Virus record (IMG/VR): IMGVR_UViG_3300028179_000157
DNA length: 64,000 bases
Direction: 5' to 3' (one strand)
Source of the DNA: an uncultured virus (IMG/VR IMGVR_UViG_3300028179_000157)
Lineage: Duplodnaviria; Heunggongvirae; Uroviricota; Caudoviricetes
Below the pieces are notes generated by a model, which made no database searches, had not been told where the DNA came from, and saw only the letters and a list, made by a program, of their open reading frames with translations. Every line of letters starts with the position of its first letter. The first letter of the stretch is position 1. Made by a program: the position numbers and the translations under genes. Below are positions 27,890 to 37,098 of the stretch, piece by piece.

Positions 27890-28363
27890 ATGAGACACAC
27901 CGCGCGGATTTACGACCTCGGCAATCTTGCCCGCAGGATGGTTCGAAACATCGAGGACTTCCTGGAGCTGTACGGCGACAAGAAGACCCCCCGTCCGAAC
28001 ATCACCGAATGTGGTCAGATGTTGGTCACCATCCTCACCAATGAAATCGACCGGCGCGCCAAGTGGGCCAGTCCGATCGGCCACGAAGAGCTGTTCGCGC
28101 AGCTGCTGCCGTGGACCTTGAACATCGAGAAGGGACCGGTTTACGAAGACTTCTACACCCAGGTGATCGACCGTGCTGTCGTGGCGATCAACCGCTGGCT
28201 GGAAGCCTTCATGGAACGGGATACATGGATGATCTGGGAGGTTGAGAAAATCACCCCCCTGACGATCTCCCTCGTACCCAAGCAGGACTATCGAATCGAA
28301 GAGTGGACCCGCTTGAAAGAGAATGGCTTCCTGGACAAGTTCCGGGACGGGCGCCACAACTGA
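27890..28363 (+). CDS. Hypothetical protein (157 aa)
   Basis: Tightly packed in the operon. Confidence 0.75.
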   Translation: MRHTARIYDLGNLARRMVRNIEDFLELYGDKKTPRPNITECGQMLVTILTNEIDRRAKWASPIGHEELFAQLLPWTLNIEKGPVYEDFYTQVIDRAVVAINRWLEAFMERDTWMIWEVEKITPLTISLVPKQDYRIEEWTRLKENGFLDKFRDGRHN

Positions 28364-28372
28364 GGCATTACA

Positions 28373-28822
28373 ATGTCAAGCACTGTGCTAGGCGACATTC
28401 AGGGTCTGCTGAGATCCTTCGTTCAAGACCTTCAGTACGCCTGCGATTACGACGAACCCAAGCATCTCCACATTGATGCCCTGTCGGTCGCAGAGGTCAT
28501 CCTTGATGAATACTTCTCGGATATTTCGCTACTGCTGCGTGAACCGGTTGACTTCCTCCGTCGCTATGAGATCTCTCATGAGCGGAAGAAAGAGATCATC
28601 AACAATTTCAAAGCTGCACTCGAAGACTACATCCACCGCATCTGCCGCATCCACCCCCGCTTCCATTACAGCTATCGGCTGGACGGCAGTGGGACGCTGG
28701 AGATCGTGCAGATGGACATGGACCCCCAAGGGCCGCGCCTCAAGTTCCACTGCGAGCGCAGTGACGAGGATGACCCAGAGGGCATGGGGACTTACGTTCC
28801 CGAACGCCAGAGACGACGATAA
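28373..28822 (+). CDS. Hypothetical protein (149 aa)
   Basis: GAGG RBS; TAATG coupling to the next gene. Confidence 0.72.
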   Translation: MSSTVLGDIQGLLRSFVQDLQYACDYDEPKHLHIDALSVAEVILDEYFSDISLLLREPVDFLRRYEISHERKKEIINNFKAALEDYIHRICRIHPRFHYSYRLDGSGTLEIVQMDMDPQGPRLKFHCERSDEDDPEGMGTYVPERQRRR

Positions 28823-29388
28823 TGGAACAGACGCTTGTCATCATTGATGCAAGCAGACTGCTCAAGGAGATGGCCCCCTACCTCGAACACCTCCGGGTGT
28901 TCGGGGTGGATGAGCCTTCTATGCTCGCACATCTGTTTGCGGTTATGCGACACCCCAATCAAAACCAGTACGTCCAGAGGATGTCGCGCGATCTTATACT
29001 GGAGCTTGACGAGAACTTCTACTCCAGCAAATTCCCACCTAATAGTAGCGGCGATGTAAAATACGATCGTGTTGCACATGCAATGATCGACGCGCTCGGT
29101 GACGGCCTCCAAGTCCTGATCCCAACGCTCGAAACGATCCTAGGAGACTATCGGCACTCCGCAACGCTGCATGGTTTTGTGGGCCGAGACATAGTGGTGG
29201 CCGTAACGGTCCCCGAGAAGACTGCCGATGAAGACAAAGAAAATGCTGCTACTGCTTCCGATGCGGGAGGCGGAGAAACGACTGACGGAAGTGGAACGGG
29301 ATCTGGACCAGCTACCCCTGGCCTACCCGTTCAGCCAACTCGTCGCCCTTACGTTCAGACTCTGGATGATGATCACGAGTCTGGATGA
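28822..29388 (+). CDS. Hypothetical protein, paralog array (188 aa)
   Basis: LVIIDASRLL ... HGFVGRDIVV; low-complexity tail overlaps the next gene. Confidence 0.7.
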   Translation: MEQTLVIIDASRLLKEMAPYLEHLRVFGVDEPSMLAHLFAVMRHPNQNQYVQRMSRDLILELDENFYSSKFPPNSSGDVKYDRVAHAMIDALGDGLQVLIPTLETILGDYRHSATLHGFVGRDIVVAVTVPEKTADEDKENAATASDAGGGETTDGSGTGSGPATPGLPVQPTRRPYVQTLDDDHESG

Positions 29389-29695
29389 TGACGAGGACAA
29401 GACCGGCGCAGACCTCATCTACGACGACGAAGCCTTCAAGCATGTACTGGAGAAGCTCGTCGCCGAAGATGCGGATCTGTCCGAGTTCGAGTACGACGAA
29501 TTTGTCAAGGCGCTAGCCACGTTCGAAAAGGGCGTCGGCAGGCTGTACGCCGAACTGGCTCCGTACCTGAAGCCGTTCGAGAAGTACATCAATCGCAACA
29601 GTGAAAGTCCCATCAATTTCCAGGGCTGGCTTGCCAGTGATCTGGTGGTGGAACTAGAGACCAACGAATCATGCCAAAACCCGTCGGCGGAATAA
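29228..29695 (+). CDS. Hypothetical protein, paralog array (155 aa)
   Basis: LLLLPMREA ... FQGWLASDLVVE. Confidence 0.7.
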   Translation: MKTKKMLLLLPMREAEKRLTEVERDLDQLPLAYPFSQLVALTFRLWMMITSLDDDEDKTGADLIYDDEAFKHVLEKLVAEDADLSEFEYDEFVKALATFEKGVGRLYAELAPYLKPFEKYINRNSESPINFQGWLASDLVVELETNESCQNPSAE

Positions 29696-30090
29696 GCCTG
29701 ATCCTACCGACCAGAGATATCATCCGCGGCCATCGGTTCAATGAGTCTACGTTCCAACTCATGGGGCAGAGTGCCAAGATGCTGGGGAGGTTTACTCTCC
29801 AGCAGTGGATTCAGAATCAACTGGATCGGCGCAGGTATTACACGGGTTACGTCAGTCAAGCTGAACTCCTGGAAGATGCGGTGCTCACCTACATCGTTGA
29901 ACCCAGGACAGACCTCGAAGAGGACGTGCTACGGAAGGCAACCCATCGCATGATGGATATCGTGATGGATTATCACGAGACGATTAACCCTCTACTGGGC
30001 GGTTTCTGCGAACACGCAGTTGACGTTACCCAAATTCGTTTTGATGACTGGCTCGGCACTGACATGATTGTTGCTGTCGACCGGTTCTAA
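29671..30090 (+). CDS. Hypothetical protein, paralog array (139 aa)
   Basis: SLILPTRDI ... FDDWLGTDMIVA. Confidence 0.7.
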   Translation: MPKPVGGISLILPTRDIIRGHRFNESTFQLMGQSAKMLGRFTLQQWIQNQLDRRRYYTGYVSQAELLEDAVLTYIVEPRTDLEEDVLRKATHRMMDIVMDYHETINPLLGGFCEHAVDVTQIRFDDWLGTDMIVAVDRF

Positions 30091-30674
30091 TGGAGCTAGA
30101 GATGGAAGCAAAGAAAGAAAGCCCCGCCAAGATCGTCCTGCAACACGACCCCGTTCCAGAGATCCCCTCCTACCGTCCAGCCCATACGAACAATGAGCAG
30201 GGGGTTATCGACGATGCGTCGGCAATAGCCAGCTACAAGGCCAACCCGGAAAAGCACGAGGCTGTCGCCAAGGTCATGATCGAGCAGATCACCAAGATCG
30301 CTCACCGGGAACACTCCAAGCGCGGACAGGACGTCGTCCACAAGGGCTCGGTGATCTTGACCACCAAGCGAGCCTTCGAGGACTTCGAGCAGACCGCAGC
30401 GATGATGTCCAACGTCAACTACGACGAGGATGAGATCGGAGCGGCCATCCTGAACTCGATGCGCACAGGGCAACCGGTGCTGGCTGCGAACATGCCCAAT
30501 GACGAAGATGCCCAGATCCTGCTGCGAGCCACTGAAAAGCTCAGGCAGGGTGTCGTCAATGCCGTGAACACCGCCCAGATCGATCACAGCGAACTTGACA
30601 AGACGTTGGTCTTCGATGGCTGGTGCTGCGGCGACATGGTGCTGGAGCACATCGAGATCAAAGAAGATCACTGA
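30090..30674 (+). CDS. Hypothetical protein, paralog array with N-terminal extension (194 aa)
   Basis: SVILTTKRA ... FDGWCCGDMVLE. Confidence 0.7.
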   Translation: MELEMEAKKESPAKIVLQHDPVPEIPSYRPAHTNNEQGVIDDASAIASYKANPEKHEAVAKVMIEQITKIAHREHSKRGQDVVHKGSVILTTKRAFEDFEQTAAMMSNVNYDEDEIGAAILNSMRTGQPVLAANMPNDEDAQILLRATEKLRQGVVNAVNTAQIDHSELDKTLVFDGWCCGDMVLEHIEIKEDH

Positions 30675-30705
30675 TCTTATGACACCAAGTTGACATAGGC
30701 CCACC

Positions 30706-31116
30706 ATGACCCCGCTTTCGAAGCTGCCCCTGAACTCCACCGTGTCTTTCGACCTGTACCCGTCGTACATCATCGGGACCGGTTACAACTTCGCCAAAGT
30801 GCTTGCACACCTGGATGCTGACACGGCGCGGGCGCTCGGCGTGGACACCCAGGCCAAGCACAACAACGTTTACCCGACCCTGCCCTCGGACGTTCCCAAT
30901 CGTCCCAGTGCGTACCCGTGGGTCAAGCTGCGCCTGCAGAATGGCGAAACCGTCATCATCGGCGTGGCGTGGATCAAGGAACAAACGATCAAAGTGCTCA
31001 ACGCCAAGCGCGTGCGCTGGCAAACCAACATCACCAGTGACGACGATGCAGCACTGATCGTTCGCGTACTGGCGGCCAATGGTTTCCAGGCGTTGGACAT
31101 GGAAGTGATCGAATAA
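30706..31116 (+). CDS. Conserved phiKZ-family protein (gp49-like, 136 aa)
   Basis: VSFDLYPS.IIG, H.NVYP.LP, IGVAWI motifs; directly upstream of the DNA polymerase. Confidence 0.65.
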   Translation: MTPLSKLPLNSTVSFDLYPSYIIGTGYNFAKVLAHLDADTARALGVDTQAKHNNVYPTLPSDVPNRPSAYPWVKLRLQNGETVIIGVAWIKEQTIKVLNAKRVRWQTNITSDDDAALIVRVLAANGFQALDMEVIE

Positions 31117-31282
31117 AGACAGCCGGGTAGGCTATTATATACAGAAGCCTGGGTCGTTTCTGTCGTGCTTGTACTGGCTTACCCGCACTCTTTAGCCAGG
31201 CCTTCGGGCCTGGCCTTTTTATGCCCTTATTTTCTTTTTCTACATACCGGGGCTATCTAGTGTACCTTAGGCGGAGCAGTAC

Positions 31283-33628
31283 ATGAAACACTTCATCATG
31301 GCGAAAGACGATTACAAACGGGACGTGAATATGGTCCCGGCGTACGTTCGAGATTGCGCCACGTATCTTCAACTTGACACCGGTATCGACTTCGACGAAT
31401 GCGTTGACTACGTCCGCACTCAGGTCGGTCCGGGCGGCGCCCTGGAAATCAAAGCCCCGGAAGTGATGTGTCTGAGCAAGGACACTCCGGGCAATCGTGT
31501 CCAACGGACCATGTCCCTGGATCAGTACATCGGCGAAGCAGTACAGGCCGGTGACATCATCAGTCCCACGATGGCAGTCTACGCAAATCCACTGCGTCAT
31601 GAATCCATCCTGGGCAAGTACGTTGCTGGTAACCTGACCAAGCGACAGGTGGCAAAGCATGAGATGTTCACGGCTCAGTCTGAAGCCGACATCTTCAAGC
31701 TCAATGGGGACATGGAGTCCTACAAGCGCTACTCGGCGCTGGCCGGTCAGAAGGACGCAGAGCAGTCCTCGACGAAGGTCAAGAACAACTCGCTGTCCGG
31801 TGCACACGCCGCACAGCACACCCCGCTGTACAACAAGTCTTCTCACAGTACCCTGACCAGCTCGTGCCGCTCGGCTACCTCGTATGGCAACGCCAGTAAC
31901 GAGAAGTTCCTGTACGGCAATCGTCACTACTGGTCGGCGGAGTTGGTCAAGGCCAACATCATCTCGATCATCAACACTGCGGACCTGCCCAAGATCACCG
32001 CAGCAATGTCCAAGTACAACCTGGTCTATCCGACGCTGGAACAGACCATGGCCTGCATTACCCGCTCCAGTGACCTGTACTGGCGCGATGCAATGGAAGG
32101 TGAATCCATCCGTGCACTGGTTACTCGTCTGAGCCCGGTGCAGCGCGCTGCCGTGGTTTACGTGGGTGATTTCTACCATCTGGCCGAGTACAACCACGAC
32201 TTCTGCCACAAGTTCCTGGACCTGCTGTCGAGCAAGGCAACGGTTCCGCTGGGCGTGGAAGAAGCAGCTGCTCAGATCGGCGCAATGGATGATGACCTGA
32301 AGGCCTTCGTCTCGATGCTGTGCGAGCAGGAACTGTACGGCACCAGCATGAAGAAGCTGAAGGTGGAGAACCCGGAAGGCTACGGCATCCTGGGCGCTAC
32401 CGCCAAGGCGATCCCGGAAGTGCTGGACTACTACGCCGACATGATCCAGGCGCTGTGGGTCACCAACTGCATGCCCGCATCCATTGCTGCATTGCCGACC
32501 ATCATCCGACGTTGCGCCATTGCCTCGGATACTGACTCGACGATCTTCACCACCCAGCACTGGACCAACTGGTTCGTGGGCAAGATGGACTTCTCCCCGA
32601 AGTCGCGTGCTATCTCCAGCACCATGGTCTATCTGGCATCGCAGGCTATCCGTCACATCCTGGCAAAGCTGTCGGTCAACATGGGTGTCACCCGTGAGAA
32701 CCTGCACAAGCTGGCCATGAAGAACGAGTACGCCTTCCCGGTGTTCGCACTGACCGGCCGTGCCAAGCACTACTACGCCAGCATGTCGGCCCGAGAGGGT
32801 AACGTGTACGTGGAGTTCAAGAAGGAGATCAAGGGCGTTGCGCTGCGTAACTCCAACGTGCCCAAGCATGTCAATGACAAGGCGCACGGGTTGATCGATG
32901 AGATCATGGATACGGTCTACAAGGGCGAGAAGCTTTCGCTCACCAAGATCACCAAGACCATCAGCAACATGGAAGACAGCATCCGCAACTCGATCTTGAA
33001 TGGTAAGTACGACTACATGACGCGGTTGCAGATCCGTGACGTGACGTCCTACACCAAGCCTGATTCCTCAGTGTTCGTTTACTACGACCTGTGGGAGACG
33101 GTGTTCGCTCCGAAGTACGGTCATGCAGAAGCGCCGCCGTACGGTGCGATCAAGATCGCGATGAATACCGAGAAGCCTGCCAAGTTGAAGGCATGGTTGG
33201 CTGGGATTGAAGATCGGGCACTGGCTGAACGTCTGATCAAGTGGTTGGAGGCACGCGGCAAGAAGCACATCACCGCGCTGTACCTGCCGGAAGCAATCCT
33301 CTCCACGACCGGTATCCCCAAGGAAGTCATCTCGGGTGTCAACATCCGTAAGCTGATCTTCGCCACGATGGAACCGTTCTACCTGATCCTGGAGTCGCTG
33401 AACATCCACATGAAGAACAAGTGGCTGACGCGACTGGTCTCTGACAAGGTTGAGCTGATCATGGCTACGCCTACTCTGGACACCACGGTTCTTGAAATCG
33501 AACCTGATGAAGCCAACGAAGATCCATTTGCGGGTGCATACGCAAACCTGGATGTCGATGGTTCCAGTGAACTGGACTGGTTCGACGAGGAAGCTGAGGA
33601 AGAGGACGAAGAGGAAGAAGACGCGTAA
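31283..33628 (+). CDS. Family B DNA polymerase, polymerase subunit (phiKZ gp50-like)
   Basis: Motif B KVKNNSLSG, motif C SDTDS, MKNEY, AKHY, EIKGV. Confidence 0.92.
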   Translation: MKHFIMAKDDYKRDVNMVPAYVRDCATYLQLDTGIDFDECVDYVRTQVGPGGALEIKAPEVMCLSKDTPGNRVQRTMSLDQYIGEAVQAGDIISPTMAVYANPLRHESILGKYVAGNLTKRQVAKHEMFTAQSEADIFKLNGDMESYKRYSALAGQKDAEQSSTKVKNNSLSGAHAAQHTPLYNKSSHSTLTSSCRSATSYGNASNEKFLYGNRHYWSAELVKANIISIINTADLPKITAAMSKYNLVYPTLEQTMACITRSSDLYWRDAMEGESIRALVTRLSPVQRAAVVYVGDFYHLAEYNHDFCHKFLDLLSSKATVPLGVEEAAAQIGAMDDDLKAFVSMLCEQELYGTSMKKLKVENPEGYGILGATAKAIPEVLDYYADMIQALWVTNCMPASIAALPTIIRRCAIASDTDSTIFTTQHWTNWFVGKMDFSPKSRAISSTMVYLASQAIRHILAKLSVNMGVTRENLHKLAMKNEYAFPVFALTGRAKHYYASMSAREGNVYVEFKKEIKGVALRNSNVPKHVNDKAHGLIDEIMDTVYKGEKLSLTKITKTISNMEDSIRNSILNGKYDYMTRLQIRDVTSYTKPDSSVFVYYDLWETVFAPKYGHAEAPPYGAIKIAMNTEKPAKLKAWLAGIEDRALAERLIKWLEARGKKHITALYLPEAILSTTGIPKEVISGVNIRKLIFATMEPFYLILESLNIHMKNKWLTRLVSDKVELIMATPTLDTTVLEIEPDEANEDPFAGAYANLDVDGSSELDWFDEEAEEEDEEEEDA

Positions 33629-33630
33629 GG

Positions 33631-33672
33631 GCATAGAGGCAGGGGCTTGCGCCCCTGCCTCTGCTTTATGTC
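33631..33672. terminator. Bidirectional GCATA-hairpin-TATGTC element
   Basis: AGAGGCAGGGGC-TTGC-GCCCCTGCCTCT between convergent genes. Confidence 0.8.
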
Positions 33673-34760
33673 CCTGGTACGTTGAGGAACCGGGAGATGT
33701 TGGTGTTGATCTCATCCATCGACTTGTCAAACGCCGTGTCATCCAGACCACCCCGCATCGAACGATCGCTCTCCATGATCTTCAGACCAATGGCAATCTC
33801 GTTGAGGTAGCGCTGATTGACCTCACCATACAGCCCGCTGTTAGCCTGGACCAGATAGGAGATCACCGGGATGTGAGCCAACGTGATAGCCCAGTTCACA
33901 TAACGGTTACGCAACGGCAGCTTGAAGTCCATGACCTCGCGAACGTTGTTCTTGGTGATAGCAGGCAGGCCCGCAATCATCGCAGGGAAGTCAGCACGGC
34001 GCGTCTTGGAGACATGCACGTACTGCTCCAGAACCTCGTTGACAAGGTCGTGGTAGTCGTTCAGAGCGAAGCTGTTGGTGTTACGCGTCTTGGGAATAGC
34101 AATCCCCATCAGCTGATACAGCATGCGGTTGAACAGCGCCACATCCAGCTGAGAGCGCATCATGTTGGCCAACGGCACCTGAGCCAGGAACTGGACGATG
34201 GCCATGTTGCGATCGGGGAATGCGCCCTGAGCATCGGACCACATCTTGAACTGCGCACCGAGCATGGGCAGGTTGACCAGAATCACGCTGATCCCATCGA
34301 AGCTGTTACGCCCGTTGGGGAAAGGCATGTTCAGATCAGTGGAAGGATGACGCAGTACGCGCACCGATTCCAGATCCTGCCAGGTGTCCTCGATACCAGT
34401 AACATCGAAGTCAGTGATGTCAGCAATCACCACCTCATTGCTACCCTTGCCGTAGAACGAACCATTGCGCGTCATCTCACCCTTGGAGAGAATCGACGTC
34501 ATCTGGTAGGACATTGACCGGTTCAACGCCATGTCAGCGAAGCGGTCTTTGTAAGTTCTTACGTCCAAGGACAATGGTACGGAGGTGGATGCCAGGAAGC
34601 GTGAAAGAATGTGCGTTGTGGCTACGGACTGCGGATTTTGGCGATGCCAGTTGATCGCCGTGGACAGGTTCTGTTGGAGCTGCCGACGGACGTATTCAAA
34701 CCGACCTATCACAACCTGACCGCGACTCCACGTCGCTGAGGGGTTGAAGATGTCGAGCAT
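33666..34760 (-). CDS. Conserved virion structural protein (phiKZ gp52-like, 364 aa)
   Basis: Reverse gene between DNAP and chimallin, as in the phiKZ core block; VRVLRHP motif. Confidence 0.65.
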   Translation of the reverse strand: MLDIFNPSATWSRGQVVIGRFEYVRRQLQQNLSTAINWHRQNPQSVATTHILSRFLASTSVPLSLDVRTYKDRFADMALNRSMSYQMTSILSKGEMTRNGSFYGKGSNEVVIADITDFDVTGIEDTWQDLESVRVLRHPSTDLNMPFPNGRNSFDGISVILVNLPMLGAQFKMWSDAQGAFPDRNMAIVQFLAQVPLANMMRSQLDVALFNRMLYQLMGIAIPKTRNTNSFALNDYHDLVNEVLEQYVHVSKTRRADFPAMIAGLPAITKNNVREVMDFKLPLRNRYVNWAITLAHIPVISYLVQANSGLYGEVNQRYLNEIAIGLKIMESDRSMRGGLDDTAFDKSMDEINTNISRFLNVPGT

Positions 34761-34823
34761 TGAGTGCTCCAGAATAAGTGGTAAGCTACACAGTATTTGC
34801 AGGACTAGCTGCAGGGAGTGCGT

Positions 34824-34851
34824 GTAAAAAATTACGCATTCTCACCCTATG
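34824..34851 (+). promoter_or_regulatory. Putative middle/late (nvRNAP) promoter of chimallin
   Basis: GTAAAAAATTAC (also at 23228-23239) with TATG downstream. Confidence 0.5.
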
Positions 34852-34920
34852 CTATAGGGAAACAACCCTTCGGCAGCTTCGGCTGCTGAGATATGCGGGG
34901 AGCGTACGTTCCGAACAATT

Positions 34921-34959
34921 CGATTCAAACGCTTTTTAAGCATATATCATCCAATTGAC
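34921..34959 (+). promoter_or_regulatory. Putative early promoter of chimallin
   Basis: CGATTCAAA...AAGCATATATCATCCAATTGAC, duplicated at 5285-5323. Confidence 0.7.
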
Positions 34960-35014
34960 GTATCCCAAAGATGCGTTGCGCGCAATCCATCAAAACCAGA
35001 AGAAGGTAGAAACA

Positions 35015-36994
35015 ATGAGTGTGAACACCGAAGAAAACGGCGCCCAGGCCAACTCCCGTGATCGTGCACGTGAATCCGTGCCGAGCAACAGCGAGCGCCG
35101 CGAAGACCGCAGCGACCGTCAGGCCGAAGGCCGTGCCAACCGCGAAACGCGCGCCAACCGCCGTGCCAGCGTCTCCAGCATCGAAGCCGATCTGGCGCGC
35201 CCGATGTCCATCGAAGGCAACGGCGAACTGCTGACCGTCGTCAAGAACAAGATCCAGGACATCCTGAAGGACAACCTGAAGTCGACCTACGACGGCAGCT
35301 TCGGCGTGCTGGCCCTGGATCGCAACCAGATCAAGACCGGCTTCTCGGTCCTGGTGATCTACTTCAATGAGCGTTCGGGCAACAGCCAGTACACCGGCGC
35401 GTTCAAGCTGATCCTGGAAGGCACCGGCAGCGGCGCCCGCCTGACCCGTCCGGTCAACATCGGTTCGAGCAGCTACACCCGCCAGCTGGTTGCCGGCGAC
35501 CTGGAAGGCCCGGCCCTGACCGACAAGATCAGCCGTGCGCTGGCCGAACTGAGCGGCGCCAGCGTCGAGCTGTACGACGCCGGCACGATGGTGATCCACA
35601 ACACCGTGGACCCGGAGAAGCACGAAGGCAAGCTGAAGCAGTGCGTGCAGATCGCCACCCAGGCCTGCTTCACCGTCCTGGACCGCGCCACCGGCCAGCA
35701 GGAAACCCCCTTCTCGCCGCAGCTGCTGGGCAAGAAGACCGTCCTGTCCGTGAACATCGACAGCAACCCGACCCCGCTGGTCTCCGCCGGTGGTCTGCCG
35801 ATCCGTACCGACTTCTCCATCGAACTGTCCGCCAGCGAAAACCGCAGCCGCGATGATCGTGACCGTGACGATGCCACCGACGAAGAAGTGCTGCACAGCA
35901 CCGACGTTGGCCTGACCCGCCTCGACGGCTACATGGACCTGGTGTACATCCCGCAGGGCCGCGACAACGACCGCCGTCGTGACCGTCGCAACCGTCGCGA
36001 CTACGTCGATCCGCTCTACCAGCCGGCGCTGGTCATCACCCGTGCGGCCAACCGCATCTCGGCGCTGACCATGGAGCTGTTCCTGCTCGCCATCGCGACC
36101 TCCACCATCATGGATCGTCGCCAGGAGTGGGTGAACCAGTTCCTGCGCCACGACGACGCCCGTGCTCACCTGCGTGACATCGGCGCCATCGGCTACGAGC
36201 TGGCCCCGCACCTGGAGCCGGGCGCCAAGGGCGAGCTGATCGACACCACCCGTGCCGACTTCGATCGTCGCGCTCTGAACGAGCTGATCGAAGATGCCAT
36301 GTCCCCGGACCTCGTCGTGCGCATGCACATCGAAGAATCCGGCGACCAGTCCTGGCTGTCGCTGGCGCTGCTGGCTGCGGCTGAAGGTGGCAAGGGTAGC
36401 GGTGACGTGGCCGACATGATCTACAAGGCTGCCGACAACCTGACCGACGGCAACTTCGGTGATCGCTTCAAGGAACTGGGCGGCAGCAAGATCGCGATCG
36501 ACCTGAGCGACCGCATCATCCTGGGCACGTACAAGGACAAGCACGGCGAAACGCGCGACCCGCGTGAAGTCGATGACTACCTGGCCTCGCTGAACCTGTT
36601 CGGCAAGAACGACATGGACATCGTCGAAGACCTGTCGATGACCCATGACGACGTCGATGCGCCGCTGGCGGTCCGCCTGCACAAGCGTACCGAGATCCTC
36701 CGTCACGCCACCAACGAGACGCTGGAAATCAAGGCCTACGCCCGCGCCATCGAGTTCACCTCCGAGTTCATCGAAGCGCTGGTGCTCGGCCTGCAGGACG
36801 CCGACATGGACATGCGTTCCAACAGCCTGAACATGGACTACCGCCAGGGCACCAGCCGTGGTCGTGCCGACGCCACCCGCAACGCCATCCGTTCGGACCG
36901 CGTGTCGAGCCTGTACCGCGACGGCGGCCGCGAGCGCGATACCGGTGGCCGTGGTTCGGCCTTCGGCCGTGGTCGTTACGCCAACCGCTGGTAA
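35015..36994 (+). CDS. chmA: Chimallin, phage nucleus shell protein (phiKZ gp54-like, 659 aa; start moved to ATG 35015)
   Basis: Canonical position between the gp52-like gene and nvRNAP beta'; extreme codon bias; GLPIRTDF, RLDGYMDLVY, LRDIGAIGYE motifs; Gly/Arg-rich tail ending in W. Confidence 0.85.
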   Translation: MSVNTEENGAQANSRDRARESVPSNSERREDRSDRQAEGRANRETRANRRASVSSIEADLARPMSIEGNGELLTVVKNKIQDILKDNLKSTYDGSFGVLALDRNQIKTGFSVLVIYFNERSGNSQYTGAFKLILEGTGSGARLTRPVNIGSSSYTRQLVAGDLEGPALTDKISRALAELSGASVELYDAGTMVIHNTVDPEKHEGKLKQCVQIATQACFTVLDRATGQQETPFSPQLLGKKTVLSVNIDSNPTPLVSAGGLPIRTDFSIELSASENRSRDDRDRDDATDEEVLHSTDVGLTRLDGYMDLVYIPQGRDNDRRRDRRNRRDYVDPLYQPALVITRAANRISALTMELFLLAIATSTIMDRRQEWVNQFLRHDDARAHLRDIGAIGYELAPHLEPGAKGELIDTTRADFDRRALNELIEDAMSPDLVVRMHIEESGDQSWLSLALLAAAEGGKGSGDVADMIYKAADNLTDGNFGDRFKELGGSKIAIDLSDRIILGTYKDKHGETRDPREVDDYLASLNLFGKNDMDIVEDLSMTHDDVDAPLAVRLHKRTEILRHATNETLEIKAYARAIEFTSEFIEALVLGLQDADMDMRSNSLNMDYRQGTSRGRADATRNAIRSDRVSSLYRDGGRERDTGGRGSAFGRGRYANRW

Positions 36995-37098
36995 GCAACA
37001 AGCGCACTGCGCAAGTAGTGTGTTGATGTAGATGAGAGGCCGGGGGGTAAAACCCCCGGTCTTTCTTTTTTGTCTCTATGCCCTAGCGGAGATTTTCC

